Origin: a virus
Taxonomy: Duplodnaviria; Caudoviricetes
Strand: one strand, 5' to 3'
IMG/VR virus record: IMGVR_UViG_3300032046_000036
Span: 1 to 51,684 of that record
Length of the DNA stretch: 51,684 nt
Shown here piece by piece: positions 1-9,694 of this stretch; positions within the stretch are counted from its first letter, which is position 1, and every line of letters begins with the position of its first letter. Below the pieces are notes generated by a model. That model did not search any database, was not told the DNA's origin, and worked only from the letters and a program-made list of their open reading frames with translations. Both the position numbers and the translations under genes were made by a program.

Positions 1-58
1 CCGCACGATGAACCAGTTCGCCCAATCATACTTTTCAGCCTTCATCATTTTGTCCAAA
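1..58. repeat. Terminal overlap with 51627-51684 (circular assembly); also present internally from 49990
   Basis: 58 identical bases at both ends; a reading frame continues across the join. Confidence 0.9.
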
Positions 59-165
59 AGGGACAGTGAGTCCCTTTCTTTTTTGTCCCACCACTCAATC
101 GCTTCCGAGCAGGGATTATTATCCTTAATCCACTGGTCGGTTATCAGTTCTGTTGTTGGTTTCAT
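1..165 (-). CDS. 5' part of Ala-repeat, Imm5-like protein paralog 1 (continues into 51168-51626)
   Basis: AAGGAG RBS, ATG at 165, MKPTTELITDQWIKDNNPCSEAIEWWDKKERDSL, homologous to the N-terminus of 49519-50154. Confidence 0.85.
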   Translation of the reverse strand, partial: MKPTTELITDQWIKDNNPCSEAIEWWDKKERDSLSLLDKMMKAEKYDWANWFIVR

Positions 166-515
166 TTTCGGTCTCCTTTAATTTGGTCTGTTTTAACGCT
201 GATTAAATTCTTGGGTGTTGGTTTGTAAGCCTTAAAACACTTATTACAAATATGGTCGCCATTATCAATACAATGAACAGATTGTCCACCTCTAAAAGGC
301 TTCTTACAACAATCACAATAATCTATACAACCTTCTTGGCAGATGCTACAATAAAGATTCTTTTCTATTTTTATTCTGCCAACTCTATCTGCTCGGGCAA
401 GATTAGAAAAAGTAACCTTTAAGTCGTGCAAATCGCTTACAATCTCGGCTCGTTGCTGACGGAGTAACTTTTGACATTCCGATAACGCTACTTTCTCAAT
501 TCCATCGTGTTTCAT
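162..515 (-). CDS. Cys-rich hypothetical protein
   Basis: RBS, several CxxC pairs; shares AEIVSDLHDLKV with 50428-50733. Confidence 0.75.
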   Translation of the reverse strand: MKHDGIEKVALSECQKLLRQQRAEIVSDLHDLKVTFSNLARADRVGRIKIEKNLYCSICQEGCIDYCDCCKKPFRGGQSVHCIDNGDHICNKCFKAYKPTPKNLISVKTDQIKGDRK

Positions 516-527
516 TTTAGTCTCTCC

Positions 528-851
528 TCATTTTCTTTCATTGCTTTTTTTAAGCATTTCTATATATTCAGTTAAACAGTGAGGGCAAAGTGAGGGAAGA
601 ATATCGGGTTCATCACGGGGTCTAACAAACCATCTATGTCCTCCAGCACATTCATAAGTTATTCTAACTATTTCTGACACACTTTCTGCTTTCAAAACTC
701 TCTTAAAATAAATGGGAATAGACTTTTTATTTATTGGTTTTTTACATTGTGGGCATTCTTTTAACAAAGACATTCTTGCTATAATCAATAATTCATCTGA
801 CCAACATTCGCAATACTTTCCTGAAGGGTCTTTATATTTCATATATCCCAT
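528..851 (-). CDS. Zn-ribbon hypothetical protein
   Basis: AAGGAGACCGAAAATG start, CPQC and CPHC motifs. Confidence 0.75.
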   Translation of the reverse strand: MGYMKYKDPSGKYCECWSDELLIIARMSLLKECPQCKKPINKKSIPIYFKRVLKAESVSEIVRITYECAGGHRWFVRPRDEPDILPSLCPHCLTEYIEMLKKSNERK

Positions 852-885
852 TTTCGGTCTCCTTCTTCAGGCTTGATTGCCTGAA

Positions 886-1236
886 TTAATCACTACTATC
901 CTCTCTTTTTACCCTACCACAATCACGGCAGGTAAATTCGTGGTAGCAATTACCAAGTTCAACAATCTTTTGGCACATCTGGTCGTGTGGGCAAGCCCTA
1001 TAATGGTCAAAATGATTTCCTCTTGAACAAGGAATACATTCCTGGTCAGGTCTTGTTTTAGAAAAAATACAACCCTTACAAGTTAATGGTTCAATTTCAT
1101 CCACCAGTTCGGCTTCTATTTTTATATAACCACCTTTCAGCGTTTCGGGAGGATATACTTTAATGTCCGACTTAATCCCGTGCTTTAGGAAATAATCCAG
1201 TAAATCGTCTATATGAAGTCTAACTTTAACCTTCAT
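886..1236 (-). CDS. Hypothetical protein, KVKVR paralog 1 with Cys-rich C-terminus
   Basis: AAGGAG RBS before MKVKVR; first ~47 aa nearly identical to 50428-50733. Confidence 0.75.
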   Translation of the reverse strand: MKVKVRLHIDDLLDYFLKHGIKSDIKVYPPETLKGGYIKIEAELVDEIEPLTCKGCIFSKTRPDQECIPCSRGNHFDHYRACPHDQMCQKIVELGNCYHEFTCRDCGRVKREDSSD

Positions 1237-1247
1237 CTTATCTCCTT

Positions 1248-1871
1248 TCATTTGCCTATCCGCTTAAATTCTATTCTCCATACCCAAGGGTTATCAGACC
1301 AAGCAAATCCTTTTTTACCACCGTTAATTTTCCCCCATAATTCTTGATACCATTGTCGGGCTACTTGGCTATAAGTTATTGGTTTTAATATATCTTGTGT
1401 ATTCCATCCTTTATTAAGAATATCATCATATGATAGGTTCCATCCCTCGCTAATAATATCATCGTGGCTAATATCCTGTAATTTCTCAACCTTAATACTT
1501 ATTATCTCCAACCATATTCGGGCATATTTCTTCGGCATAAAGATTGATGGTTTCCATTTATATAATTGTCCCCATTGATTTGTTTCATTATCAACCTTAT
1601 ACATTGGTTCAAATGTTAAGGGATTCTTTATCATATAAGTTTCTTTCACCCAGAGAATTTGCCCTACCTGAAATGGACAAATCCATTTTAAGCCATCTAT
1701 TAACAATCCATATTTATCCCACGCATACCACTTAGTTACAAGTTTTCCTATAGAAACAATGTCTTCTCTGATGGGTTGTGGTTTAATTATTCTACGGGTC
1801 ATCGTCTTTGTGTCATTCAATATCGCCTTTACCATCGGTGTTGACATTAGAATTGGTCTCTCTTTAGTCAT
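1248..1871 (-). CDS. ASCH/PUA-like conserved phage protein
   Basis: ERPILMSTPMVKAIL..KT.TRR, WKPSIFMPK..ARI and W..NPWVW.IEF family motifs. Confidence 0.75.
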   Translation of the reverse strand: MTKERPILMSTPMVKAILNDTKTMTRRIIKPQPIREDIVSIGKLVTKWYAWDKYGLLIDGLKWICPFQVGQILWVKETYMIKNPLTFEPMYKVDNETNQWGQLYKWKPSIFMPKKYARIWLEIISIKVEKLQDISHDDIISEGWNLSYDDILNKGWNTQDILKPITYSQVARQWYQELWGKINGGKKGFAWSDNPWVWRIEFKRIGK

Positions 1872-1935
1872 ATTAACTCACCTTAAATACTTCCATCTGT
1901 TTGGCTACCGAAGCCATTGCCTCTTTGTTGATTCT

Positions 1936-2529
1936 TTAGTTCAAATTATTTCCTGAACTTGATATATACCTTTTAATCCATACCCATTGCCATTGCGGAA
2001 GTTTTTTGTATTTATTGATTTCCTCTATGGTCAGGCAACGAACATCTATATGGATTATTCCTTTATTACCGTCTTTCTTTATCAGTCCCCCTGTATCATC
2101 CGCCAAATAATATCGCCCTAATATCTCCACACAGATTTCGCTACCATAGGGAATAATGCGGGGGTCAACCGCGCATCCTGTATTATTCTTTGCACTTTTA
2201 TTAAAAGCCGTTTTCCCTGCCCATCTTTTCTCTCGTGGCTCTTTCCAGCAATAATATGTTATCTTTGCTTTAGTCCTTTCCCACCCTTCCCTTAAATATC
2301 TTGGTGTCTTGTTTTTAGTGTCTTGTTCTAACTTTTCATAGGTCTTCTTGAGTATGGCATAGTTTATTTCTAACTGACTAATTCGGTGGGTCAAAGTTCC
2401 ATTATCATAGGTTATTCTGTCAATTATCTGCCTCTGAATCTGATTCTTAACCAGAAAGTATCCCACCAGAATAGGGAGTAATCCCACCCAGATAAATGAT
2501 ATTAGTTTGACTAATCCGTTTGATTTCAT
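1936..2529 (-). CDS. Membrane-anchored 3D-domain (MltA-like) peptidoglycan enzyme
   Basis: N-terminal TM and coiled coil; AVDPRIIPYGS, ADDTGG and HIDV three-Asp motif. Confidence 0.8.
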   Translation of the reverse strand: MKSNGLVKLISFIWVGLLPILVGYFLVKNQIQRQIIDRITYDNGTLTHRISQLEINYAILKKTYEKLEQDTKNKTPRYLREGWERTKAKITYYCWKEPREKRWAGKTAFNKSAKNNTGCAVDPRIIPYGSEICVEILGRYYLADDTGGLIKKDGNKGIIHIDVRCLTIEEINKYKKLPQWQWVWIKRYISSSGNNLN

Positions 2530-3464
2530 TTCTTCTTCCTTTTCTTGCTTCCCTTACAAACTGGACATTCCTTATAGCCGGAAATGGAACCACCCCCTAA
2601 ATTCTGAGGGACGGAAACTTCTACCGGCTGATTTTTATCTACTCCAGTCCCTTGACAGGCAGGACAGGTTTCTTCCTGTGCCTTTTCCCCCTGCGTTTTT
2701 TTTAGTATATCGGCGCGGTTAGTTAACCACCAATCTTTGACTGCCTTCAGAAAATCAAAGGCCGGGTGCCGGGGCTGGAACATCCCGTTTCCCGCTTCGT
2801 TAATTTTTTGTTCTATCAGGTTGGCAGGGACGCCATCCTTGAGGTGGTCTAAGAAGTAGTTTCTGGTCTTGCTTAGGGGAATACTATTGGAACATAACCT
2901 TTCATACTGGGTAGCCAGATATAAGGCTGTATGGTCTAATGCATTTATCTCTTTAGAGGAGGGGGAGGCTTCTTCTTTATCTATTCTATTCTGTTCTGTT
3001 CTATTCTGTTCTGTAGCAATTTTGGGGTCAAATTCCTTATCTGGCAAGGAGTTAGGTATAGACTTGTTCCGCACTTGTTCCGCACTTGTTCCACTTTTGT
3101 TCTCCTCTTGTTCCCCTTCTGTTCCAGAAAACTCATCCTTATCTTCAAAATCTCCCTTCTTCTTCTGTAAGTCTTTATATTTTCTTATGAGTAATCCATT
3201 CGGGGTTTTTATCAAAATGGAACGCTCTATTAACTTATCTTTTGCCTTTATGAATAAGGATATTTTTAGTTTCATATCTTCTGCCAAAACTTGGTCTGGT
3301 ATCGGTTGCCCATCCGGGTAACATAACATCCCTGCTAATTCTCCTTCTGTCCTTGCTCTTAATAGGAGTTGCAGATAGACCGATTGTTCCGTAAAATTGC
3401 ATTGCCGCAAGTTAATACTTGACAGTATCTTTTCACTCCAAAGACGAAGCCACGGGCGGGTCAT
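2526..3464 (-). CDS. Replication initiator (replisome organiser-like) with C-terminal DnaJ-type Zn finger
   Basis: RPWLRLW N-terminus, internal iterons and EQNR repeats, CPACQGTG...CPVCKGS. Confidence 0.7.
   Translation of the reverse strand: MTRPWLRLWSEKILSSINLRQCNFTEQSVYLQLLLRARTEGELAGMLCYPDGQPIPDQVLAEDMKLKISLFIKAKDKLIERSILIKTPNGLLIRKYKDLQKKKGDFEDKDEFSGTEGEQEENKSGTSAEQVRNKSIPNSLPDKEFDPKIATEQNRTEQNRIDKEEASPSSKEINALDHTALYLATQYERLCSNSIPLSKTRNYFLDHLKDGVPANLIEQKINEAGNGMFQPRHPAFDFLKAVKDWWLTNRADILKKTQGEKAQEETCPACQGTGVDKNQPVEVSVPQNLGGGSISGYKECPVCKGSKKRKKK
2980..3092. repeat. Putative replication origin: 3x ACTTGTTCC(GC) iterons (3062-3092) and CT(A/G)TT pentamer run (~2981-3014)
   Basis: Tandem repeats inside the initiator gene, as in lambdoid O-type genes. 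Confidence 0.6.
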
Positions 3465-3477
3465 TTTTCCCCCCTTC

Positions 3478-3741
3478 TTATTTGCCTGTTTGGACAGGCA
3501 TTATGACTGATGAACATTCCTCGCATTCCACTTTGTAGGGTATCTTGGTAAGTTCGGCAACCTTAACCAGGAACCTGGGAGATACTTTCTTGCCCTGAAA
3601 GAATGTCGTTACCACGCACTCCAGGAAGCCGGTGTGTCTTGCGAGATAAACTTGCTTTCTTTCGTTGACATCAAGCCACCGCCGAACCATCTTCTGGAAT
3701 GTCGGTCTATCAATGATACTTGTCGGAGTATTGGATTTCAT
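3478..3741 (-). CDS. XRE/Cro-like HTH regulator
   Basis: QVYLARHTGF...VTTFFQGK..S...LVKVAE pattern; directly downstream of a promoter. Confidence 0.55.
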   Translation of the reverse strand: MKSNTPTSIIDRPTFQKMVRRWLDVNERKQVYLARHTGFLECVVTTFFQGKKVSPRFLVKVAELTKIPYKVECEECSSVIMPVQTGK

Positions 3742-3767
3742 ATTTTGTCCCCTTTCATTACTTTATA

Positions 3768-3805
3768 ATTAAAACTTTTCCTTTAACTTTGTCAAGAAAA
3801 ACTTT
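3768..3805 (-). promoter_or_regulatory. sigma70-type promoter
   Basis: TTGACA (3795-3790), 16 nt, TTTAAT; preceded by AAAGTTTTTC. Confidence 0.6.
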
Positions 3806-3823
3806 GTTAATTTATAAAATAGT

Positions 3824-4015
3824 TTAGACCCATTCCGGAGCGGAATTCTTGATTGCTACCAGCCGGCTTTCCTGTTTCAGCCAGATGCCGTAATTACTAT
3901 TACACCGCTCGCAATGAATAATAATAAATTCTTCCTGGTTGTCAAAGATAACATCTATCACCTCGTTCTCGTGTCCGTTCGGACAGGTAGTTATGACATT
4001 AAATTTCTCTTGCAT
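3824..4015 (-). CDS. Small Zn-ribbon protein
   Basis: CPNGH and HCERC. Confidence 0.6.
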   Translation of the reverse strand: MQEKFNVITTCPNGHENEVIDVIFDNQEEFIIIHCERCNSNYGIWLKQESRLVAIKNSAPEWV

Positions 4016-4377
4016 TATCCCACTCCCTTAATCACTATCTGAGACCTTTCCCTTATCTTCCGTGCGATGGTCTTAAGATATCGGGAATGTTCAATATTAT
4101 TGACACCCATCGCGTGATACCGTAATGCTACGCGGTCTATCTCATCTGGGTTGGTGGCATAGTAGTAACCAGAATTAGAAGGTAAAATAGGTATTCCTCT
4201 TGCATTCAAAGTGCGGACAATTGACCGTAAGACCCTCAATGGGATTTCAAGGTCGGTTGCAATCACCTTGCGTGTCATTGCCCGCTCTTTGCCCTGGCAC
4301 CGGTTCTGAATTGCCCACAAAACAGATTGTTCGGTCTCGGCTGACCATTGTATCTCGTGCTGGTTTATTTCTGACAT
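4015..4377 (-). CDS. Winged-HTH DNA-binding protein
   Basis: RKVIATDLEIPLRVLRSIVRTL..RGIPI....GYYYA. Confidence 0.7.
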   Translation of the reverse strand: MSEINQHEIQWSAETEQSVLWAIQNRCQGKERAMTRKVIATDLEIPLRVLRSIVRTLNARGIPILPSNSGYYYATNPDEIDRVALRYHAMGVNNIEHSRYLKTIARKIRERSQIVIKGVG

Positions 4378-4379
4378 TT

Positions 4380-4565
4380 CTAAATCTCCTTATTATCCCT
4401 GCTTTCTTTTATCTCTGCTTCTAATCTAATCCGACAATCCTTACAGATTCCGTGCGTCAACAGTCCTCTCCAGTTCAGGGTCAGAACATTCATAAGGAAA
4501 TACCTGATGCTCATTTTCCTAAATCCCATAAACTTACCACACCAAGCGCATATTCGGAAAAGCAT
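4380..4565 (-). CDS. Small Zn-binding hypothetical protein
   Basis: CAWC and HGICKDC; RBS present. Confidence 0.65.
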   Translation of the reverse strand: MLFRICAWCGKFMGFRKMSIRYFLMNVLTLNWRGLLTHGICKDCRIRLEAEIKESRDNKEI

Positions 4566-4607
4566 TTATTTTTCTTTCTCCTAATCACAGTCAACCGATT
4601 CTGGATT

Positions 4608-4635
4608 AGAGGGGCGCCCCTCTCGGCGCCCCTCT
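4608..4635. other. GC-rich intergenic hairpin without U-tract
   Basis: AGAGGGGCGCC-CCTCTC-GGCGCCCCTCT. Confidence 0.55.
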
Positions 4636-4646
4636 CCATCCTATCA

Positions 4647-5897
4647 CTACGTTTCTTTGTCTCCTTGTGCAGGCGGATACTCAAAATACGGATTCCCTTC
4701 CTCGCCATACTTCAGGTTGCACGCCCCTTTTTGAAGGTCGGTCAGTTTCTCTATGAAATCGCCGGCCTCCTTGATAGTCAGGTCTGACGAAGTCCCTTTC
4801 TTGTAAAGAGCCATCATCATTGTTTTCCTTATAGCGGTGTCCAGTCTTAACTCGCCGCACAAGACGAATATCTTCTTGCCCTGTGCCTGTGTAAGGAATA
4901 ACGTCTGGTCATTACTGAGACCTCCACTGGTTTTCGGTATAGGCTTCATCTCCGGTTTTGGTTTTCCTTTCTTGCCTTGTTCCTGCGGTTTCTCGGCTTC
5001 TTCCTGCCCTGTCTGACTTGCTGGAATTTCCGAGGACTCCCTTACCTCCTCCTCATCGGTTACCACCACCGCATCCGTGTCTGCCCTCGGGTTATCATCT
5101 ATAGTCGGCAATAGCACCCTCTCAACCGAGGCTTTCGGTAGAATTCGTTCCGTATCTTCCCTATACCGCATAATGTCTTCAGGGGTATAGGGTAATGCCG
5201 GCGTATCCGCCTTGAGTCTGTATTCCATCCGTATCACCAGCGGATAATGGGTGGATTTGTGTTGCTTGCCCTTGTTGTCTGTATAGGTAATCTCCCTTTT
5301 CTCCCGCTTTAGAATCAAAGGCACCAGAGCGAATCTACCGAGCAATTCTTTGGCGAATTCAAGCCCAGATGACACATCTATCAAGGTGTTGCTTGAACCG
5401 GTAACTATCCGATAGACTCCACCCATATTGAGTCTGTGTAACATCACATAGAGAGTTCCTTGCTTGTTGCATTGGCCATCAGGATTATCAGGGCCTTTCA
5501 GTTCTTCACAGGGGCAATCCCGCACCATCCACTGCCTTGTCGCCTCATCCCACCGTGATGCCTCTATCCTATTACCCTCGCACTTGAGTCCATTAACCCC
5601 CCACCACCTCAAAGCCTGTGGGAAAATAGTGGGTATATCGTTAATAGGGAGCATTACCTCAAGTTCCGTGGGCTTCTCTCCATAAACCCGTTGCACTTCT
5701 GGTGGCACAATGAAGTAAGAGACATCGGATGGGTGGGAACAGAAGTCGCAGTATTCGGTTTGAGGGTGCTTGCATTTCGGGGAATTACCGCTCTTATTCT
5801 TTATGACGACCCCTAGTCTTATTTTACCTAACATCGGCAATCGTCTTCGCTCGGAAATTCCATCTATCGTGGAATATTTCCTGCCAAATCCTGCCAT
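4647..5897 (-). CDS. Gp3-like (recombination directionality factor-like) recombination protein
   Basis: RLPMLGKIRLG N-terminus, LKCEG and CPC..C motifs, GVYRI.T.S; adjacent to exonuclease. Confidence 0.65.
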   Translation of the reverse strand: MAGFGRKYSTIDGISERRRLPMLGKIRLGVVIKNKSGNSPKCKHPQTEYCDFCSHPSDVSYFIVPPEVQRVYGEKPTELEVMLPINDIPTIFPQALRWWGVNGLKCEGNRIEASRWDEATRQWMVRDCPCEELKGPDNPDGQCNKQGTLYVMLHRLNMGGVYRIVTGSSNTLIDVSSGLEFAKELLGRFALVPLILKREKREITYTDNKGKQHKSTHYPLVIRMEYRLKADTPALPYTPEDIMRYREDTERILPKASVERVLLPTIDDNPRADTDAVVVTDEEEVRESSEIPASQTGQEEAEKPQEQGKKGKPKPEMKPIPKTSGGLSNDQTLFLTQAQGKKIFVLCGELRLDTAIRKTMMMALYKKGTSSDLTIKEAGDFIEKLTDLQKGACNLKYGEEGNPYFEYPPAQGDKET

Positions 5898-5899
5898 AA

Positions 5900-6979
5900 T
5901 TATTTCTCACCCCCTTTCTTTTTTGATTGGTTACGGATATTGAGAATTTCTGACTGTGTAACCTTTAGGTATTTTGTCCTCTCCACTTCAGGAATAAGTT
6001 CCTTGTCAATCCATTCCCGTTTCTGCAACCGCAGGGTTATGATATACCTGTCCCCGACAAGCCCTTCCCTGACCCCCTGCTCGGCAAGGATATTCTTTAT
6101 CTTCCCTTTCAGTTCGTCCTTTTCCTTGTCCATATTATCAATGTGCATTTTAAGTTCCTGGTAGTGCCCGCAGAGGTCTTCTATATCACCAGCGAGTTCC
6201 TTGCCGACTGCCAATTGCTTGAATTCATCTTCTATTCCCTGCCAACAGATTTCCTTCCACCCACAGTAAGAGCAAGGGTAACTATTCCGCTCATTTAGGT
6301 CAAAGGGTCGCTTGGGCAGTTTCTTGTCCTTGACATAGGCCAGAACCTCGTCAAATTTCTGGCAGGCAGACTTGACTATGTTTTCGTAGACGGTATCAGG
6401 GTATTTTCGCTCATCGCCGATTGAGGATACCATTTCCAGTATCTTGAGAATATCTACCTGTTTGTTATATTCAAGTTTGAATTCAAGATATTGGGCCGTA
6501 TTTTTATTTTTAATAAGTAGGATAGCCTCGGTTATCTGCGGGTTCACTTCTTGTAATCCCCACAAATAAATAGCAGTTTGGGTAAAGTAATCTTTCGGAA
6601 ACCGTCCATCCCAGATTGCCTGAAAGGAAAAATGGGAAAGTGCCTTGTGTTCCAACAGATAATCCTTCCCCACCATATCTGTTATTATCCCGTCAATACT
6701 GCCTTTCCCCATAGGGGAAGGGCAATTCACCACCATCTGTTCTGAATGCACCACAAATCCGGACTTCCTTAGCCAATCCAGCGTCAGTTCCTCGTGCCAC
6801 CGCGAGTCATCCATAGTCAGGAAAAGTCTGTCCGATATGGGGTCTCTGGGCCTCCCCAGCCCCCAATATACCATTTGCCTCAAGCACCGTTCTGGCCCAG
6901 CCAGACTTGGACGGGGATTGAACTTATAGTTTTCTTCCTTATCAAAACCGGCAATTTTTGGAATGATTTCGGCCAACAT
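5900..6979 (-). CDS. Cas4-like PD-(D/E)XK exonuclease
   Basis: RPS..C.RQ, GSIDG, LLEHK, QTAIY and CSYC..KEIC Fe-S cysteines. Confidence 0.8.
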   Translation of the reverse strand: MLAEIIPKIAGFDKEENYKFNPRPSLAGPERCLRQMVYWGLGRPRDPISDRLFLTMDDSRWHEELTLDWLRKSGFVVHSEQMVVNCPSPMGKGSIDGIITDMVGKDYLLEHKALSHFSFQAIWDGRFPKDYFTQTAIYLWGLQEVNPQITEAILLIKNKNTAQYLEFKLEYNKQVDILKILEMVSSIGDERKYPDTVYENIVKSACQKFDEVLAYVKDKKLPKRPFDLNERNSYPCSYCGWKEICWQGIEDEFKQLAVGKELAGDIEDLCGHYQELKMHIDNMDKEKDELKGKIKNILAEQGVREGLVGDRYIITLRLQKREWIDKELIPEVERTKYLKVTQSEILNIRNQSKKKGGEK

Positions 6980-7012
6980 ATTCGCCTCCTTTCTTGCTCC
7001 TTATTGGAGCAT

Positions 7013-7051
7013 ATTAAAAACCTTTTCTTTGGTTTTGTCAAGGAAAACTTT
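7013..7051 (-). promoter_or_regulatory. sigma70-type promoter
   Basis: TTGACA (7041-7036), 17 nt, TTTAAT; preceded by AAAGTTTTCC. Confidence 0.65.
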
Positions 7052-7071
7052 ATTATTTTATACAATTATTT

Positions 7072-7419
7072 TTAGTCTATTTCCTTGACGACCAGTTTGT
7101 GTGGGTCAACACGAACATAGAAATCACCTATTTGGTTTTTGATAAAAGGCGTGTCCCTCATAATCTCTTTTATCTTGTAATTAAGCACCTTCTCCCGCTG
7201 ACTAAATTCCTTCCTTTGCCTGCGGGCAAAGACGAATTTCTCAAGCAGTTCTATCAATTCTTGTTCTTCCATAATTATATCCTTTCCCAAAATTTCAATC
7301 TCATTTCTTTGGAATCGCCCAGTTGTTCCTTCTACCAAAAATTCACCAGTTTCTTTGTAATAATGAATGACTTTATGAAGTTCATCCCCAAATCCCAGCA
7401 GTTTTATTCGCGCCATCAT
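7072..7419 (-). CDS. Hypothetical protein
   Basis: AGGAGGTG RBS, operon packing. Confidence 0.7.
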   Translation of the reverse strand: MMARIKLLGFGDELHKVIHYYKETGEFLVEGTTGRFQRNEIEILGKDIIMEEQELIELLEKFVFARRQRKEFSQREKVLNYKIKEIMRDTPFIKNQIGDFYVRVDPHKLVVKEID

Positions 7420-7423
7420 TTTA

Positions 7424-7618
7424 TCACCTCCTTTCCCACCAACCCCTAATTTCCTTTCCTCGGACAGTCTTGCAAAGTTCTCCGGATGTAAAGCCTTCCT
7501 TCATTAATGATTCTATATGTTCTTCGGAGTCCCCATCTAATCCCTGGTCTTTGGTTTTACTGAACCATTTCCAAGTAATCCAATTTTCAAGCCAAGTTTC
7601 GTTTATCATCTTTATCAC
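7424..7618 (-). CDS. Hypothetical protein
   Basis: AAGGAGG RBS, operon packing. Confidence 0.65.
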   Translation of the reverse strand: MIKMINETWLENWITWKWFSKTKDQGLDGDSEEHIESLMKEGFTSGELCKTVRGKEIRGWWERR

Positions 7619-7630
7619 CTCCTTATTTAT

Positions 7631-8059
7631 TTACCAAGTATCAGCCTTATTATATTCTGGCATTTCCCCTATAATCTCATAGGCAATATGGTCAATCAGC
7701 CGATTCAGTTTCTTAAGACTATTTAGGAAGTCTGTCGTCTCGCCCCCGTTGTCGCACATGTTATACCGTAACCCCTGGAGTGATTTATACAGTTCCACCT
7801 TATTCCTGTATGGCTGGACTTTCTTCTTAGACAAGGAACACAGTCCTTTGGGAATGTCGTCGTATTGACGCTGTGCAGTCATCTGGTTAGCCCTATACCA
7901 GTCATTGACAAGGGTGTCTATTGCATTGTCTAATCCGCCCTGAGATTTCCATCCTTCCGGATACTGGAAAAAGAACCCCAATTCACCAGCCCCATTAAGC
8001 CCCTTGAGGCTTTCTGCTATCATCAGAAATTTCTCCTCATCATATAATATGACTGACAT
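7631..8059 (-). CDS. Hypothetical early protein
   Basis: AGGAG RBS, 142 aa. Confidence 0.75.
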   Translation of the reverse strand: MSVILYDEEKFLMIAESLKGLNGAGELGFFFQYPEGWKSQGGLDNAIDTLVNDWYRANQMTAQRQYDDIPKGLCSLSKKKVQPYRNKVELYKSLQGLRYNMCDNGGETTDFLNSLKKLNRLIDHIAYEIIGEMPEYNKADTW

Positions 8060-8060
8060 C

Positions 8061-8258
8061 TTATTTTCTCCTTTCTTTTCCTATAATTGCCAATTTTTCC
8101 CAATCCAAAGAAGCCAATACCCTCTTTAATTGGACTTCCTTTTTATGGGAAGGCAATGCCTCCGCTCTCTTTGTCGCTTCCTTTATAGCCCTATCCTTTT
8201 GCCACCCCGGTCGGGCATTAGGATAATCCGCCTTTTTCCAAGACCGGTCTTTATTCAT
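8061..8258 (-). CDS. Hypothetical protein
   Basis: Tight operon packing. Confidence 0.6.
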   Translation of the reverse strand: MNKDRSWKKADYPNARPGWQKDRAIKEATKRAEALPSHKKEVQLKRVLASLDWEKLAIIGKERRK

Positions 8259-8263
8259 TTTAT

Positions 8264-8608
8264 CTATGTTTCTATAGGGACTTCTAAAAGAGTTAATTGA
8301 CAGGAAGTTCGGTGAACCAGCAAGTCCCTGATTTCCCTGGTATAAGGGGTTGACCCTACTGTCGTCTCTATTATCTCTTTATGGTCAGTTATTCGCAACA
8401 ATTCTTTGGCACGCTTCCCCCTCTTGATTATCTCCCGGATTTGACTTCTTGCCCACCACCTGTCGTGGTCTTTGGCTGTCTTGTCTTGGCTGTATTCTCT
8501 TAGGCTCTTAATATATTCTGCCTGTTGAGTCGGATATTTCAGCCAAGCCCTTATTCCAGCCCAGAAACTACGCCGTGCTAATTGCCTGTATGATAATCCG
8601 TTAGGCAT
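8264..8608 (-). CDS. Hypothetical protein
   Basis: Overlaps the upstream stop; GGAAGGGG RBS. Confidence 0.65.
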   Translation of the reverse strand: MPNGLSYRQLARRSFWAGIRAWLKYPTQQAEYIKSLREYSQDKTAKDHDRWWARSQIREIIKRGKRAKELLRITDHKEIIETTVGSTPYTREIRDLLVHRTSCQLTLLEVPIET

Positions 8609-9389
8609 CCCCTTCCCCTTTCTTTTCCGGCTCGGATTTATCTATCACTGGTGCTGGTTCATCTGTCGCTGTAGGCTTGTCCGCTACTGGCTCATCTATA
8701 CTTACTGTCAAAGGCATAAGTAATCCCCTTACCGTTCCCTGTTCTTGTGTGGATGACAGAAAACTCAAGGGCAATGTAGTGGGCTTGCCTTTCTTGCCCT
8801 TTTCCCGCCACATTGTTATTTTCACAGCACAAAACTTGTCTGATAGAGCAAAATGATGAAGCATATCGGCAAGCAATAACGGGTTCACCACAATCTCGCC
8901 GACCTTCTCTGTATTACTAATAACCTTTTCCTTACCGTCAATCTTCATCGTAGTGATGCCTTCTTTGGGAAACGGCATCTCATAATCAGGGTAATTGCCC
9001 TCTGTCGGTTCAATGGTAGAAATGGTCTTCTGCGTGCTATTAAGAGGAACGGTGGCAACCTTGACAACATTTTTTTCACCCTCTTTTTCTACCGATATTT
9101 GGGCGTGGTTTAATATCGGCAAGCCATTCCTCTTTTGTTTCGGTATCTCTCTGGCAATCCGCAGGCAATCTACCGCGGGGATAATTGTCTTAAAGTTATT
9201 CCCGCCCTTCAGTCCCGTATCAGGGAAATCTTCTTCGTTGTAACCTACCTTGAATTCCCCTACCACTAACCGCTTGCCATCACTGACAATTACCTTGCCC
9301 TTGTCAAACAACATTCCATTCAGAGCGTATCTTGACGCATCCGTGCTGGCAAGTTTTGCCAGGTCTAACATCTGCTTATTTACTAACAT
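8601..9389 (-). CDS. Beta sliding clamp-like domain protein
   Basis: ASTDASRYALNGM and VSDGKRL, EGNYPDY resemble DnaN domain motifs. Confidence 0.7.
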   Translation of the reverse strand: MLVNKQMLDLAKLASTDASRYALNGMLFDKGKVIVSDGKRLVVGEFKVGYNEEDFPDTGLKGGNNFKTIIPAVDCLRIAREIPKQKRNGLPILNHAQISVEKEGEKNVVKVATVPLNSTQKTISTIEPTEGNYPDYEMPFPKEGITTMKIDGKEKVISNTEKVGEIVVNPLLLADMLHHFALSDKFCAVKITMWREKGKKGKPTTLPLSFLSSTQEQGTVRGLLMPLTVSIDEPVADKPTATDEPAPVIDKSEPEKKGEGDA

Positions 9390-9682
9390 ATCTCATCTCC
9401 TTTTTCGTAATTCTTAACAAACTCTATTATTTCCTTACCAGTCGCATTGTCTTCTTCCAATGTCTGATAATGTGGGGTCTCTTTATCCTCATCTATCTTT
9501 TCCATTACCGCCCACTCTGGGGAAAGATAAATGCCTTTGCATACCAAATAACTTGTATATTTTCTCCCCCTTGTTTTCATTGCCCCATCTAGACAGATAA
9601 CCAACTGCCCACGACTGTGGTATGCTCTAACCCTGTAGGCTTTCCCTCCTTCTTTGCATATTTCTAAATCCACCTTAATCAC
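9383..9682 (-). CDS. Hypothetical protein
   Basis: Operon packing, RBS. Confidence 0.6.
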   Translation of the reverse strand: MIKVDLEICKEGGKAYRVRAYHSRGQLVICLDGAMKTRGRKYTSYLVCKGIYLSPEWAVMEKIDEDKETPHYQTLEEDNATGKEIIEFVKNYEKGDEIC

Positions 9683-9694
9683 CCCCTTTCTTAT

